From Octopus sinensis (lineage: Eukaryota): a stretch of DNA of 64,000 nucleotides. Made by a program: the position numbers and the translations under genes. Position 1 is the stretch's first letter; each line of letters begins with the position of its first letter. The notes beneath the pieces are model-generated. The model was not told the DNA's origin, made no database searches, and was given only the letters and a program-made list of their open reading frames with translations. Of this stretch, positions 13,225-26,460 are shown piece by piece. The DNA is taken from assembly GCF_006345805.1 (NCBI RefSeq), contig NC_042998.1:48112001-48176000 (forward strand), written 5' to 3'.

Positions 13225-13605
13225 ATTATCTTTTACTTGTTTCAACATAGTACTTTGGCCATGCTGGGACATTATCTTGATGAATTTAGTTGAAGAAATC
13301 AACTCAAATATTAAATTTTTTAAAGTCTGGTACTTACTCTATCAGTCTCTTTTACTGAACTGCTAAGTTATGGAGACATAAACAAATAAAAACTGGTTGT
13401 CAAGCAATAGTTGGAGAAACAAAAACAACACACACACATACATCAGGCTTCCACACAGTTTCCATTTACCAAATTCACTTTCAAGGAATTGGCTGATACA
13501 GGGCTTTAGTAGAAAACATTTACCCAACAACCACACAGAGAGACACAATCCAAAACCATATGGTTTCAAAGAGAGGTTCTTAAGCACACAGCCATACTTG
13601 CACAT
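13225..13605 (-). mobile_element. Diverged SINE family A
   Basis: Same module order as the other family A copies. Confidence 0.7.
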
Positions 13606-13744
13606 AGCCACATACACATAAACCTACATGTCTGTGCATGTGTGTGTGTGCATAGCATGTGCATGTGTCCAAGTGCAATGTATGCATGAATGTTGACATC
13701 CCACAATTATACTTGTCGACATCAGAATGAAATGGTGATATGAT

Positions 13745-14170
13745 AGGTGCAGGAGTGGCTGTGTGGTAAGTAACTTGTTTACCAACCACATGGTTCCAGG
13801 TTCAGTCCTACTGCTTGGCACCTTGGGTAAGTGTCTTCTACTATAGCCTCAGGCCGACCAAAGCCTTGTGAGTGGATTTGGTAGACGGAAACTGAAAGAA
13901 GCCCGTCGTATATATGTATATATATATATATATATATGCGTGTGTGTGTTTGTGTGTCTGTGTTTGTCCCCCACAACATCGCTTGACAACTGATGCTGGT
14001 ATGTTTATGTCCCGTTGCTTAGCGGTTCGGCAAAAGAGACCGATAGAATAAGTACTGGGCTTACAAAAGAATAAGTCCCGGGGTCGAGTTGCTCGATTAA
14101 AGGCGGTGCTCTAGCATGGCCACAGTCAAATGACTGAAACAAGTAAAAGAGTAAAAGAGTAAAAGAGAGA
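13745..14170 (+). mobile_element. SINE family A, near full length
   Basis: Head aggtgcaggagtggctgtgtggtaag, B box ggttcagtcc, internal (TA)n(TG)n, tail (gagtaaaa)n. Confidence 0.92.
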
Positions 14171-14424
14171 GAGTATATGATGTTTACATGCCTTGTTGAT
14201 ATCAAAACCAGTTGCAATACACTTGTGAAAACCAGTGGAACAGTAATGTCCTTTGCAAGAAACATAGGCACGGGTTGACAACAGAAAGGGCATTTAGTCA
14301 CAAAATGCTGTCACTATGTAGTTCTTGTTTCACATGGAAATGCGGAGATTAAATGAGCAATAGTAGTGAGGATTCCATTAATCATAGAAACAGGTTTCAA
14401 ATGTATCTTTATCTTTCATCAATT

Positions 14425-15190
14425 ACCTTTTACTTGTTTCAGTTATTAGACTGCAGCCATGCTGGGGCACCACCTTGAAGAATTCTTCCTTTTAGTTGAA
14501 TGAATCAATTCCAGTATTTGAATCATTTTTTGCCATTTTCTTTAAGCCTGGTACTTATTCTATAGGTCTCTTTGCTGAACTGCTAAGTTACAGGTACATA
14601 AACACACCAACATCAGTTGTCAAGCAGAGGTAGGGTACAAACATTGACACAAAGACACCCCCCCTCCATATATCTATTATATAAAATCCGTTCTGTTTGT
14701 CTGTGTGTCTTCTAGGATCTCGGGCATCCTCCATCCGATTACGCTCAAATTTGATATGTAGATACCGACGGTATCAGAGCGTGTATAAGTCTTGAATAAA
14801 TTACAAAAATCGATTCCAGGTGAGAATGCAATCGATAAGGTGAATAAAATCGTTTTCCATTGGAATAGAAAAAAAGTCTATCTTTATTTCTTCTTTGGCT
14901 GGTGTCTCAAATTTAGGTTAAATCAGTGTTTCTCAAAGGGGAAGCCTATGGGACGGTCGGTCGGACATGTTGTTTTGAGAAAATTTGGTGTAAATGTTTG
15001 ACAACTCAGCACCGTCCATTTACTCGTATATATATATAGTGTGTGTGTGTGTGCATGATGGGCTTCTTTCAGTTTCTTTCTATCAAATCCACTCACAGGG
15101 ATTTGATCCGCTCAAGGCTATAGTGGAACTGAACCCAGAACCATGTGGTTGAGAAGCAAACTTCTTACCACACAGCTATGTCTTGCGCCT
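14425..15190 (-). mobile_element. SINE family A interrupted by a Helitron-like insertion
   Basis: 3' half at 14425-14660 and 5' half at 15030-15190. Confidence 0.7.
14673..15028 (+). mobile_element. Helitron-like element 5' portion
   Basis: A|TCTATTATATAAAATCCGTTCTGTTTGTCTGTGTGTC 5' end; no canonical CTAG 3' end seen. Confidence 0.55.
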
Positions 15191-15434
15191 ATAATACAAT
15201 CCTGGATGCAGCACATTTGCCTTAAAAGAGATGGTCATGGCTGAAACGCTTTTGATCATAGGACTGCTTGACCAAGACTCAACTAACCTAGGGCTAAACA
15301 ACTGTTACTGAAGAAATAAGTAGTAAAAAGTGAAAAAAAAACAAACAAAAAATGAAAAGAAAGTAAAAACAAAACACTAAAATACAGCAGTGTGTGTGTT
15401 TGTGTGTATGTATATGTTTTGCATGTGTGCGCGC

Positions 15435-15476
<42 letters not shown>

Positions 15477-15990
15477 AGGCAAGGAGGACAGGGCAGGGGA
15501 GGAGAAAACATTTCATTGAGGTTCTTCTCAGCTTCCCTTTTTATTCAAAGAGATCAACCACTTCCCCCATTTTCAGACAGGGAGAGTGAAACCCTTTTCC
15601 ATTCAGTAAAGACATAGCGCCGCGCAGTGAGGGTGGGGGAGTAAAAAGCAAAGTACAATGAAGAGGGTGGGGGAGAGACAGGAGGGTGGTATGGGAAGAG
15701 TGGGAAAGTTCTTCATGGATGTTAAGTAAATTAGGGGGCAGGAGTAAGATGGGAGTAGGGGATAACTGTGAAATCAGAAAGATAGAGAGGGATGGACAGA
15801 TAAAGAGGGAGGAGAGAGAGAGAGAGAGTGTATAACAGTGAGACAGACAGAGGCAGATAAAGTATATGAAGAACAGTGGGAACATAAGGTAATATATATA
15901 GATATATATATTGTGTGTGTGTGTACATGTGTGGCCACATCTGTATGTGTGTGAATGCAGCCCTCACCTTCTCTCTCTCCCTCTCTCTCT

Positions 15991-16027
<37 letters not shown>

Positions 16028-16028
<1 letters not shown>

Positions 16029-16141
16029 TCTTTACTCTCTTTTACTCTTTCACTTGTTTCAGTCATTTGACTGCGGCCATGCTGGAGCATCGCCTTTAGT
16101 CAACCAATGCTAGGGGGAAAAACACAGATACACAAACATAT

Positions 16142-16194
<53 letters not shown>

Positions 16195-16352
16195 TACGAC
16201 AGGCTTCTTTCAGTTTCCGTCTACCAAATCCACTCACAAGGCATTGGTCGGCCCGGGGCTATAGCAGAAGACACTTGCCCAAGATGCCATGCAGTGGGAC
16301 TGAACCCGGAACCATGTGGTTGGTTAGCAAGCTACTAACCACACAGCCACTC

Positions 16353-16353
<1 letters not shown>
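16028..16353 (-). mobile_element. SINE family A
   Basis: Aligns to family A with an internal deletion. Confidence 0.88.
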
Positions 16354-16383
<30 letters not shown>

Positions 16384-16531
16384 AATATGTAGAAAAATAC
16401 AAACTGGGACAAGAACATAAAACATTTAGAAGACGATACAAAAAACACGGACGGGACTTTCGAAGCCTTCAATCTTTAGTCAAGAACCGGATCATCCTAC
16501 ACACACACACAAACACACACAAACACACACA

Positions 16532-16587
<56 letters not shown>

Positions 16588-17334
16588 ATGAAGGAAAATA
16601 AGGATTAAATAAATCCAGGCAAATACCTTCTTTACGCACTCTGTGAAAATAAAACTTGGGTAACTAAATTGTCCAGTTAGTACAATGGTGATTAATGTGT
16701 TGTTATTCATTTAGTGTGACATGTAATCAGGTACAATTTGTAAATCCAATGTAGAACAATTATTTTTGGTCTATTAATCACAGAGTATATCAGAAAAAAA
16801 CATGAAAAATGAAGATGCACAATCAATGATTTATTTAGCTTACACATGTTTTGAATAGCCTGATACAATGCAAGCTCTATATATTGCAGGATCAATTAAA
16901 TACACACACTGCAAGCAATGTGCAAGCACTTGCATTGAGCCAAGCTACTTGACACTTGTAGAAGCTAAATAAACCATTGATAATGCATCCTCATTCTTTA
17001 TATTCTCTCTCTGTCTCTCTGATTGTTTAAAACTCACCAAGAAAAATTTTGAAACCACCTGATGAATGACTGCGACTCAAAAATTTAAAGACAGCAGGCA
17101 GGAAACGATCGTAGTGGATATTAATTATATTTTTTAATAATTGTTACATATTTAAATAATATAAATTAATCATATGTATTGGCTTAAGTCTTTCATTGTT
17201 TGATTTGCCTAATAGTGGTTTTGTCTCTAATTTAATATAATATAATATTTTACTATAAAATTGGATTCAATCCTAAATCTGATTTTTCCCTGTAAGTTTG
17301 GATTTATTCCCTAATATTTATTATATATATATAT

Positions 17335-17520
17335 ATATATTATATATATATAAAGGGAGAGTTTACGAAAAAAACAAAAGACAAAGACAGGTGGTGTAGA
17401 CAACAAACAGATGTATTAGTATAACGCTTGGGAAGTGAAAAAGTCATTAACGTTTTAAGCCTATGCTCTTCCACAGAAAGAAACACAGGAAGAAACAAGG
17501 AGAGAAAATAAAGAATGTGT
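17335..17520 (-). mobile_element. Penelope-like terminal-repeat remnant with degenerate hammerhead core
   Basis: Minus strand reads tttctgtggaagagcataggcttaaaacgttaat, a mutated version of the ctgatgaagagc..gctcgaaacgttaa motif. Confidence 0.45.
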
Positions 17521-17574
17521 AGTGCCAGTGATCTATCATGGTGAATATATATATATATATATATATATAATATA

Positions 17575-18741
17575 AAGAGAGAATATTCAGATGTGAATAT
17601 TCATAAAGATATTATTATTGTTAATATTATCTGTGTTAAATATAATATATTGATAATAACAACAAGTATATATAGATGGTTAAAGATATTGAATAGCAAC
17701 AAATAGCTATGAATTTAAATTTAAAATTAGCACTAAACAAAAGGACACACTGGGCATCTACCTTGTTTAGAAATAGGAGTGAAAACCCCAGTGAACCACT
17801 TAAAGAGCACTGAAAATATTACAGAGAACAACTGTAAGTGGGTGAATGGTTAAAGGATTAAAAGCATATCATTAAAGATAGTGCCATTCAGATATTCATG
17901 TACCATGGTTTCAATTTTTGGCTCACGGATCTCAAATGTCTTCAGCATGACTTACTGAGAAGAGAAGATTCAAAACACATTATGTTGAAAACTCTGGTGG
18001 CGTTCTGATTTGTTTTGCACCAAAGCAGAACTGCCTCAGTGCAAAAATTTCAATAAGGAGAGAATATTCAGATGTGAATATTCATAAAGATATTATTATT
18101 GTTAATATTATCTGTACTAAATATAATATATTGATAATAATAAGAATATAGATGGTTACAGGTATTGAATAGCTTACTGTTGTTCTCTGTAATATTTTCA
18201 GTGCTCTTTAGGTGGTTAATTGGGTTTTTGACTCCTATTTCTAAACAGGTTAGATGCCTAGTGTGTCCTTTTGCTTAGTGCTAATTTTAAATTTATAATT
18301 ATTTGTTGCTATTCAATACCTGTAACCATCTATATTCTTGTTATTATTATTATCAATATACTATATTTAACAATAATAAAATCTTTATGAATATTCACAT
18401 CTCAATATTCTCTCCTTATTGAAATTTTTGCACTGAGGCAGTTCTGTTTTGGCATAAAACAAATCAGAATGCCACCAGAGTTTCAACGTGACATGTTTTG
18501 AATTTTCACCTCTCGGTAAATTGTGCTGAAGATATTTGAGGCCTGTGAGCCAAAAATTGAAACCATGGTACACGAATATCTGGATGGCACTATTTTTAAC
18601 GATATCCTTTAAATGGTTTAATCGTATGCCTGCTTACTGTTGTTCTTTGTAATATTTTCAGTGTTTTAGGTGGTTCAATGGGGTTTTGACTCCTATTTCT
18701 AAACAGGTTAGATGCCCAATGTGTCCTGTTGCTTAATGCTA
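17575..18741. repeat. ~460-480 bp tandem unit array with internal inversion
   Basis: Blocks A-B-C-A on + (17575-18173), then B'-A'-C'-B' in reverse complement (18174-18741). Confidence 0.85.
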
Positions 18742-19399
18742 TGTATAATATATGATATAAATATATAATCATTTCAACATCAGATTTCCATGTTTCCATG
18801 GATGAGATGAAATGACAGGACATGATTTAATGGAATATCACAAATAAATGACATCGCTTGTATGATGATGACGACATTTATTTACAGCAAGAATTATAGT
18901 GTCACGACAAAGAGACACAAAGACATATACACATATAATACATAAATACAGCATGTATCTTTTAGCTACTATCCATCAATCCCACTCTCAAGGCTTGGGG
19001 ACCTGCTCAGACTATAGTAGAGGACACTTGCTCAAAGTACCATGTAGCAGAACTGTTACTCTCCTCTCGTAATTTCTTACTAACTTACACACACCCAATC
19101 CTCAGTCAAAGGTGCTAAACACTTAAAAGATTTTGGTGCTCCCCTATATATTTAATTCAATTTTTTTTTCAAAATGAAACAAAATTGACAGTAAGATGGA
19201 AAATAATGTTTACTTTTGTTTACTTTATTTATATTTGAAAAATTTTCTCCTACTTCTTTTTATTTGCAAAGTCATTGATCAGATCCTCACTTTGACATCA
19301 TGAACACTTCGAAATTATATTTCCAATCAGATATTATTTTAGCAAGTTTAAAGTGATTTCTTTTGTGCTGTTAACGATTTACTATTTCTGAGCACTGCC

Positions 19400-19590
19400 A
19401 GCAATTTTGTTTCCTCTGTCTTCCCTTCTCGGGATCTTTCCTTCTCCTTTGTTTCTGACGAAGAGCTCCGCTCGAAACGTTAAACTCTCCTTCTTCCCTT
19501 CTTTCCTGAGCGTCCAATAATACTTTATTTGTTCCACGTCCTCGCGTTGCTGTGTTTTTTTGTGTTTTCTTTTTTGGATTAACTATATAT
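19400..19590 (+). mobile_element. Short Penelope-like repeat carrying a minimal hammerhead motif
   Basis: Homologous to 28235-28415; contains the hammerhead core. Confidence 0.7.
19451..19485 (+). ncRNA. Minimal type I hammerhead ribozyme motif
   Basis: GUUU-CUGACGA-A-GAGC(UCC)GCUC-GAAA-CGU-U-AAAC: stem I GUUU/AAAC, stem II GAGC/GCUC, palindromic stem III. Confidence 0.7.
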
Positions 19591-19682
19591 ATGTAGGTCC
19601 CGGGTTGATTCGGGGTTAACCGAATATATATATATATATATTGATGATTTGTTGTTTTGCCAGCTAAGTAGAATATGCTTTG

Positions 19683-19713
19683 CTGAAGATGTCTAATAAG
19701 GTTGAAACATGTC
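19683..19713 (+). ncRNA. Degenerate hammerhead motif
   Basis: CUGAAGA-ugucu-aaua-agguu-GAAA-CAUGUC; stem II is weak and stem I is not evident. Confidence 0.4.
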
Positions 19714-20039
19714 TCATCCATCAAGATGATTTTAAAGACCCAAGACTTTAATATGCATTGTCCATATTGTCCAAAAATTTCAATTAGAAAACTCATTGAT
19801 TGTTTTGTAAACATTTATGTACCTCAAGAGGGAGATCTTGTTCAGATGATTTTATTTGATAGAAGTTCTATCTCTCATTGCCTTACATATGAATGAGAGA
19901 TCCCGCCAAATATATATACACACATACATATACATATGTGCTTGTGTGTATGTGTAAGGTACATATGTATGTATATATAAATATATTTGTGTGTGTGTGT
20001 GTGTGTGTGTGTTCACACCCATCACATAGTGAGAAAATA

Positions 20040-20608
20040 TCCTTGAAAGGGGGAGTGAAGTCATTGAGAGCTCTTCTCTCTAAACTTGAATTTTTTCCAA
20101 CCTCTCTCCCTCCCTACTATCGGGCTACCCTCCAAAACAATCAACCTCCAACCTTAACCCCGATCCATCCACATCACCTTTCCTTTCAATTTGCTTTCCA
20201 GCTAAGTCCACCCCACCGCGACCACCACTACATATCTTTCTTCATATTAAGTCGCTTTCTCTCCTCTCTTTCTCTAGCTCTCTCTGCTTCTGATCCCCCC
20301 CTACCACCACCAGCATCAGCACCACCACATTTGTTTCACACCACTCCCGACCCCCAAAAAAACTTTCCTGCCCCACACTATCCCATTCACATACATCATA
20401 AGTTTTCTTTTTCTAATTTTTCCTCCTCCTCCTCCCCCTACCCTCTGTTCCTCACATACCTCTTTATATTTTCCCCCCTAACACCACCACCCTCTCCTTT
20501 TCTGTGAAGACAAGTCATGTACCCCACATAGCAAGGCAAGACACCTCACACTCTGACCCTTATAAACTCATCCCCAAACAGCAACTGGACCCAGAAACAC
20601 ACACACAG

Positions 20609-20649
<41 letters not shown>

Positions 20650-20869
20650 ACACAAACACACACACACAAACACACAGAGGTATATTCATACACATACACT
20701 AACATCACATATATTCCTTTACAGAGTACACAGACATACAGGCATACAACATCCACACTCTCTTTCTCTCTCACATACACACACACACACACACAAATAA
20801 CACTGATTCACATAATCATACACACACACACACACATACACATAAAGAGTAAATTAGGTTGTTTATTCC

Positions 20870-20908
<39 letters not shown>

Positions 20909-22222
20909 GTGTGTAGGCCCATATGCACTTGCGCACACATTTGTGAATTCATTTAATGACTTTACAGTGAATGGGGTTAGAGAGAGAAGAGAGAAAAGTA
21001 GAGGCAGTGGAAAAGCATGAAGTAGCCAGAGGAGGGGGAGTGGAGGAGGAGGAGGAGAGAAAAGAGAGAGTACAACAAACAGAATGCATGCCATGGACAC
21101 AACCACCATCACTGTAAATAATGAATATATAAGGAAGGAGGAGAATAGGAAGAGGAAGGAAAAAAAGAAGGGAGAGAAAAAGGGAGATATAGAGAAGAGG
21201 GGACACAAGAAAGTTATGAGAAATGAGATAGAGAGAGAGAGGAGAAGTGCTAGAGTATTAGGTATAAAAGGAAAGGGGAGGGAGTAAAAGGAAGATGAGA
21301 GAGTAAGAAATGGGGAGGAGGGAGGTTTTACAGAATTTGTGAGCAATGAGAAGGAGGAGGTGAAGGAGGAAGCATAAATGAGTGAAAGGGAGGGATAAGG
21401 TTAAGGAGAAACCATAAGAAATGTGAGAAGTTGCAGGTAAAGGAGAGAGAGAGTAAGAGTTTGAAGAGAGGAGGTAAAGGAGAGAGAATAATAGTTTAGA
21501 GAGAGGTGCAGAAGATAAAGGAGAGAGTGTAAGAAATTAAAGATGAATAGGTGAAGAGAGAGAAAGATGATATGAGAGAGGTAGATGGCTGAGGGGAAGT
21601 GGGAGAAATGGGAGAGCAGTGAAAGATAAAGGAGAGAGTGTAGAAAACGAGAAAACTAGAAAGAAGAGAAGAAAATGTAAGAAATGATATGGAAAGAGAG
21701 TGAGACAGAGACAGAGAGAAGGAGAGATAAAATAGGGTGTGAAGAGAAGGAGAAGGCAATGTGGCAAAGCTGCAGAGAAAGGAGTAGGTGAGAAGAGTAA
21801 AGGGTAACAAGCAGACAGATACTGATAGAGTAATAAGTAAAGAGAGAGTAAGAGGCAGAGAAGAGAAGGAAATTGTGATGGAGAGAGAGTAATAGAGTAA
21901 GGTTTATTGGAGTAAAGAGATAAAGATAGAGAAATGAGGGAGGGGGACAGGAAAAAAAAACTGATACTATTGAATAAAAAGCAGCCCTTTACTGTTACCA
22001 CCTTTCATGAATAGGACCTCTACCACAACAACACACATATAGTAAACAATAAGCTAACACACACACACACACACACACACAAATATATATATATGTGTGT
22101 GTGTGTGTGTCTGAAGTATGTAAGGAAATGAAAAGGAGAGTGTAAGAAAAGGGACACAGAAGAGAGGGGGGACTGAGAGTGAGATGGTGTAGGTAAAAGT
22201 TTGAGAGCCATATGTAAGTGCA

Positions 22223-22258
<36 letters not shown>

Positions 22259-23400
22259 AGAAAGGGAGAGAGGGAGAGAAAGGGAGAGAGAGAGGGAGAG
22301 ATGGTGGGGTGCACCAGTATATAAAATAGAGGACTTCCAGTGTGATGCTCTGAAATTTCCCAAAGTGACTTGTAGCATAAGTTGGCTGGCTGGCTGGCTG
22401 GCTGAGTTGACAAGAATGGAAAGGGAGACAAATAGGGAGGGAGAGGAAGAGAAGAAGATACAATACGTAGTTATGAAAGACAGGGGGAGTGAACTCTGTC
22501 TGTCACACACACACACCCTCTGTCATTATTCCTTCACTCACAGTCTTGCTGTCACTTAACACAACTATTACCCCCCCCTGCCGCTCTTACACTGCTGTTA
22601 TAAATCTTTACCTTTTTCTCAATGCCCTTCCATCTCTCTCACCATTTATCCTTCCCTCCCTCCACTCCACCCGTATTTATCTCCCCCTATTGCTATCACA
22701 TTGTCCAACCTGCCCCCTAAAACACACTTTCTCTCTGTCTGTCTCTCTCTCTCTCTCTCACTCTTCCCCCCACCATCATCCCACTTCACATTATATTACA
22801 CAGTTCTTTAAGTTCTTATTACACTCTCCCACTTCTCTCACTCATCCACCCTTCCATTCTATCCTCTAACTCTTACTACCTCTCTTCTCACCTCCCTGCC
22901 ACTCTCTACTTCTATCATTACTTACTCTCTCTAACGACTTGCCAATTCTCTCACACTGCAGTCTCTCTCTTATAGTTTCTAATAACTCTATTTATCCTCT
23001 GTCTATTTCTCCCAACTAAACTCTCTCTCTCTCCCTTAATACATTATGCATGTATCCACCTGACCGTACCAATCTTTCTTTCACATTCCTGGTGTAGGGT
23101 AGGTTTCCAATCTACCCTCTCCCCCCCCCACCGTGATCCTCCTTCCCTTATTCCCTTCACACTATCTGCCTCTCCTCCACTCTTCTGTACAAAACAATAT
23201 TTATCTAACAGAAGACAGACAGATGCTAACACACACATACACACACAGAGGATAAGAGTGAGGGAGAGAGAAGGAGGAAGAGTGAGGGAGAGAGGAGGAA
23301 GAGAGAAGGAAAACGAAAAGAAATAAAAAGCATTCATAGAAGAAGGCAGACAGGGACAGACCATTGACCTTCTTCAACTCTTGTTTTTCACTCCTCCTAC
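20040..23400. repeat. Long alternating CT-rich / GA-rich / (CA)n low-complexity tract
   Basis: Directly visible simple-repeat blocks. Confidence 0.9.
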
Positions 23401-23617
23401 TAGCCTTTTTATCTGTCTCACTTTCCCCTCCCATTAAAAAAAAAATTTTTTTTCTAGTCTTTATAACTTCCGTTTCTTTCATTCTCCTTTTTTTTTTGTC
23501 TCAGGGCAACCCTAAGGCCACCACCATTACCAAAACTACCACCACAAAAGATGTATAGGGCTCCAATTCTGAACACATACATTCATGCAATCTGCATTGC
23601 ATTATGTGGTCCAGAGT

Positions 23618-23937
23618 GAGGGCGCGTGGCTTAGTGGTTAGGGCATTCGGCTCATGATCGTAAGGTTGTGAGTTCGATTCCTGGCGACGCGTTGTGTCCT
23701 TGAGCAAGACACTTTATTTCACGTTGCTTCAGTCCACTCAGCTGGCAAAAATGAGTTGTACTTGTATTTCAAAGGGTCAGCCTTGTCACTCTCTGTGTCA
23801 TGCTGATTATCCCCGAGAACTATGTTAAGGGTACACGTGTCTGTGGAATGCTCAGCCATTTGCACGTTAATTTCATGAGCAAGCTGTTCCGTTGATCGTA
23901 TCAGCTGGGACCCTTGTCGTCGTAACCGGCGGAGTCT
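23618..23937 (+). mobile_element. tRNA-derived SINE: head H1 + CORE-like module + tail T1
   Basis: A box tggcttagtgg, B box gagttcgattcc, gttgtgtccttgagcaagacactt, tail shared with 31856 and 59185. Confidence 0.9.
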
Positions 23938-24040
23938 TTAAGAATGTGGTCCAGTATGCTTCAAGTCTGAGAAAGAGACAGAATGATTATGGATGGAATA
24001 TCACCTTTTTTTTTTTTGATAATAGGGACATGATCAAGGA

Positions 24041-24366
24041 AAGGTGCATGGCTCAGTGGTTAAAGCATCAGGCTCACAATCACGAGGCACCGAGTTCAAT
24101 TCCCAAACTGGCTGTGTGCTGTGTTCTTGAGCAAGACACTTTATTTCACATTGCTCCAATTCATTCACTTGAAGAAAAGAGTTGTGATGTCACTGGTGCC
24201 AAGCTGTATCAGCTTTTGCCTTTCCCTTGGATAACATTAGTGGCATGGAGAGGATAAGCTGGTATGCATGGTCGACTGATGGTCTTCCATAAACAACCTA
24301 GCCCGGACTCGCACCTTGAAGGGGAACTTTCTAGGTGCAATCCCATGGCCATTCGTGACTGAGGGT
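24041..24366 (+). mobile_element. SINE family E
   Basis: Colinear with 55691-56022. Confidence 0.88.
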
Positions 24367-24898
24367 TGGGATGGGGGCCCTCCTTCCTTCTTCATGGGAC
24401 ATGCAATCAGGAGCTGACCCAGAGTTAAACAGGGTCAACAATGTACATTCCCAACCACGTGGTCTTAGGTTCAGCCCTACTGTGTAGTCCCTTGGGCAAG
24501 TGTCTCCAACTATAGTCCCAGGGTGACCAAAGCTTAGTCAGAGGGTTTGGTGGACAGAAACTGAAAGAAACCCATTATATTCTTTTATTCTTTTACTTGT
24601 CTCACTCATGAGACTGCGGTCATGCTAGGGCACTGCCTTGAAGGGTTTAGTTGAACAAATCAACCCTGGGACTTATTCTTAAGTCTGATACTCATGCTAT
24701 TGGTATCTTTTTGTTAAACCACTAATTTACAGGGACATAAACAAACAAACACTAGTTGTTAAATGGTCGTGGGGGACAAACACAAACATAAAAACATATA
24801 CATGCACATGCAGTGATTTAAATAAGAGTTTTGACTGTTATTTCCAGCAAGTAGACATACTTACTATGTCCTTTGATTAATTTTAATCCTTCAGCTAT

Positions 24899-25126
24899 TT
24901 AACCCTTTCATTACTGTATTTATTTTGAGATGCTCTGTGTTTCTTTCAATCACTTTAGATATAACAAAGAATTTAGTAAAATAACTTAGTTATCATTAAG
25001 CTAGTGTTAGGAACATAAATTGTAACTCAGGCTTGGTGGAATATTTTAATTCAAAACTTATGAAAGCAGGACATTTTACCACAGAGCCAGAGCCGGTCTT
25101 GGCCGGGTTAGTAACAAAAGGGTTGC
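24899..25126. mobile_element. piggyBac-like MITE (TTAA-CCCTTT...AAAGGG)
   Basis: Homologous over its full length to 57160-57388. Confidence 0.8.
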
Positions 25127-25293
25127 TTTTTGGGCCTGCAATCACCTATATTACTGATTCTATTAACTCTGGGTTAACTCCTGATTGCATGTCCCTATGA
25201 AGAAGGGAGGAGGACCCCCTTCAGTCATGAATGACTAATGCCTTGTGAGTGAATTTGGTAGATGGAAACTATATGATAGCCTGTGATGTGTGT

Positions 25294-25326
<33 letters not shown>

Positions 25327-25732
25327 CAAGAGAGACTGCATGTAGGTGTCCATGTGTAAGTTTCTGTGTTTTCCCATCCCATCTGTAGACTGGAACAATA
25401 TGAAATAAAGTGCCTTGCTCAAGGACATAATGCACTACGTACTTTCCACTCAGGTAGCAAAAAAAAAAAAATGAGTAGTAACTATATTTCAAAGGGCCAT
25501 CCTTGTCACATTATGTGTTACACTGAATCTCCCCATGAACTACATTGAGGGCACACTGGTCCTTTGAATTATACTATCCAATTTTGTCAACTGAGTGGAC
25601 TGGAGCAATGTGAAATAAAGTGTCTTGCTTAAGAATGCAATGCACTGTCAAAAGTTGAACTCCCAAGCTTATGACCATGAGCCAAATACCTTAACCACAA
25701 AGCCACATGTATGTATGTATGTGTATTTATGT

Positions 25733-26113
25733 AGGCATAGGAGTGGCTGTGTGGTAAGTAGCTTGCTTACGAACCACATAGTTCCGGGTTCAGTCCCACT
25801 GCGTGGCACCTTGGGCAAGTGTCTTCTACTATAGCCTCAGGCCGACCAAAGCCTTGTGAGTGGATTTGGTAGACGGAAACTGAAAGAAGCCCATCGTGTA
25901 TATGTATATATATATATGTACGTGTGTGTGTATATGTTTGTGTCTGTGTTTGTCCCCCCAACATCGCTTGACAACCATAACTTAGCGGTTTGGCAAATGA
26001 GACTGATAGAATAAGTACTAGGCTTCCAAAGAATAAGTCCTGGGGTCGATTTGCTCAACTAAAGGCAATGCTCCAGCATGGCCACAGTCAAATGACTGAA
26101 ACAAGTAAAAGAG
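25733..26113 (+). mobile_element. SINE family A
   Basis: Full head-to-tail match to 13745. Confidence 0.92.
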
Positions 26114-26117
26114 TATA

Positions 26118-26458
26118 GTAGGTGTGTTCAAAAAGTAGCCAACCTTTGGGCATACAAAAAACAAGTTTGTACATTTCACAAATTCTATTTAATCAGCTTG
26201 AAAATGTTTCCCTTGAGAGTTCACACACTTCTCCCAGAGGTTCTACAACTGTTGGTAAGACCTCTGGAAAGCCTTCTCTGGAATGCTATGGAGCTCCACT
26301 GCCATTTTGCTCATAATATCCTCTTATGACACAAACTGTTTCCCTTTCAGCATGGTTTTCTGCTTAAGGAAGAGCCAAAAGTCACACAGCACCAAGTCGG
26401 GAGAGTCGGGAGCCTATCAAAAAAGTGGTATATTGTTCTTGACAAGGAAAATTAGAAT
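26118..26458 (-). pseudogene. Mariner transposase C-terminal fragment plus 3' TIR
   Basis: FLVKNNIPL..PDSPDLVLCDFWLFLKQKTMLKGKQFVS*EDIMSKMAVELHSIPEKAFQRSYQQL*NLWEKCVNSQGKHFQAD*, containing the YSPDL-type motif. Confidence 0.88.
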
Positions 26459-26460
26459 TA

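Noticed and set aside
16440-16495. Minus-strand ctaaaga..gaaggcttc-gaaa-gtc hammerhead-like motif; also 42732 ctgaagaagtagc..tagccac and 17060 ctgatgaatgac
   Set aside because: Core positions are mutated or GAAA/stem III is missing; at best these are decayed remnants.
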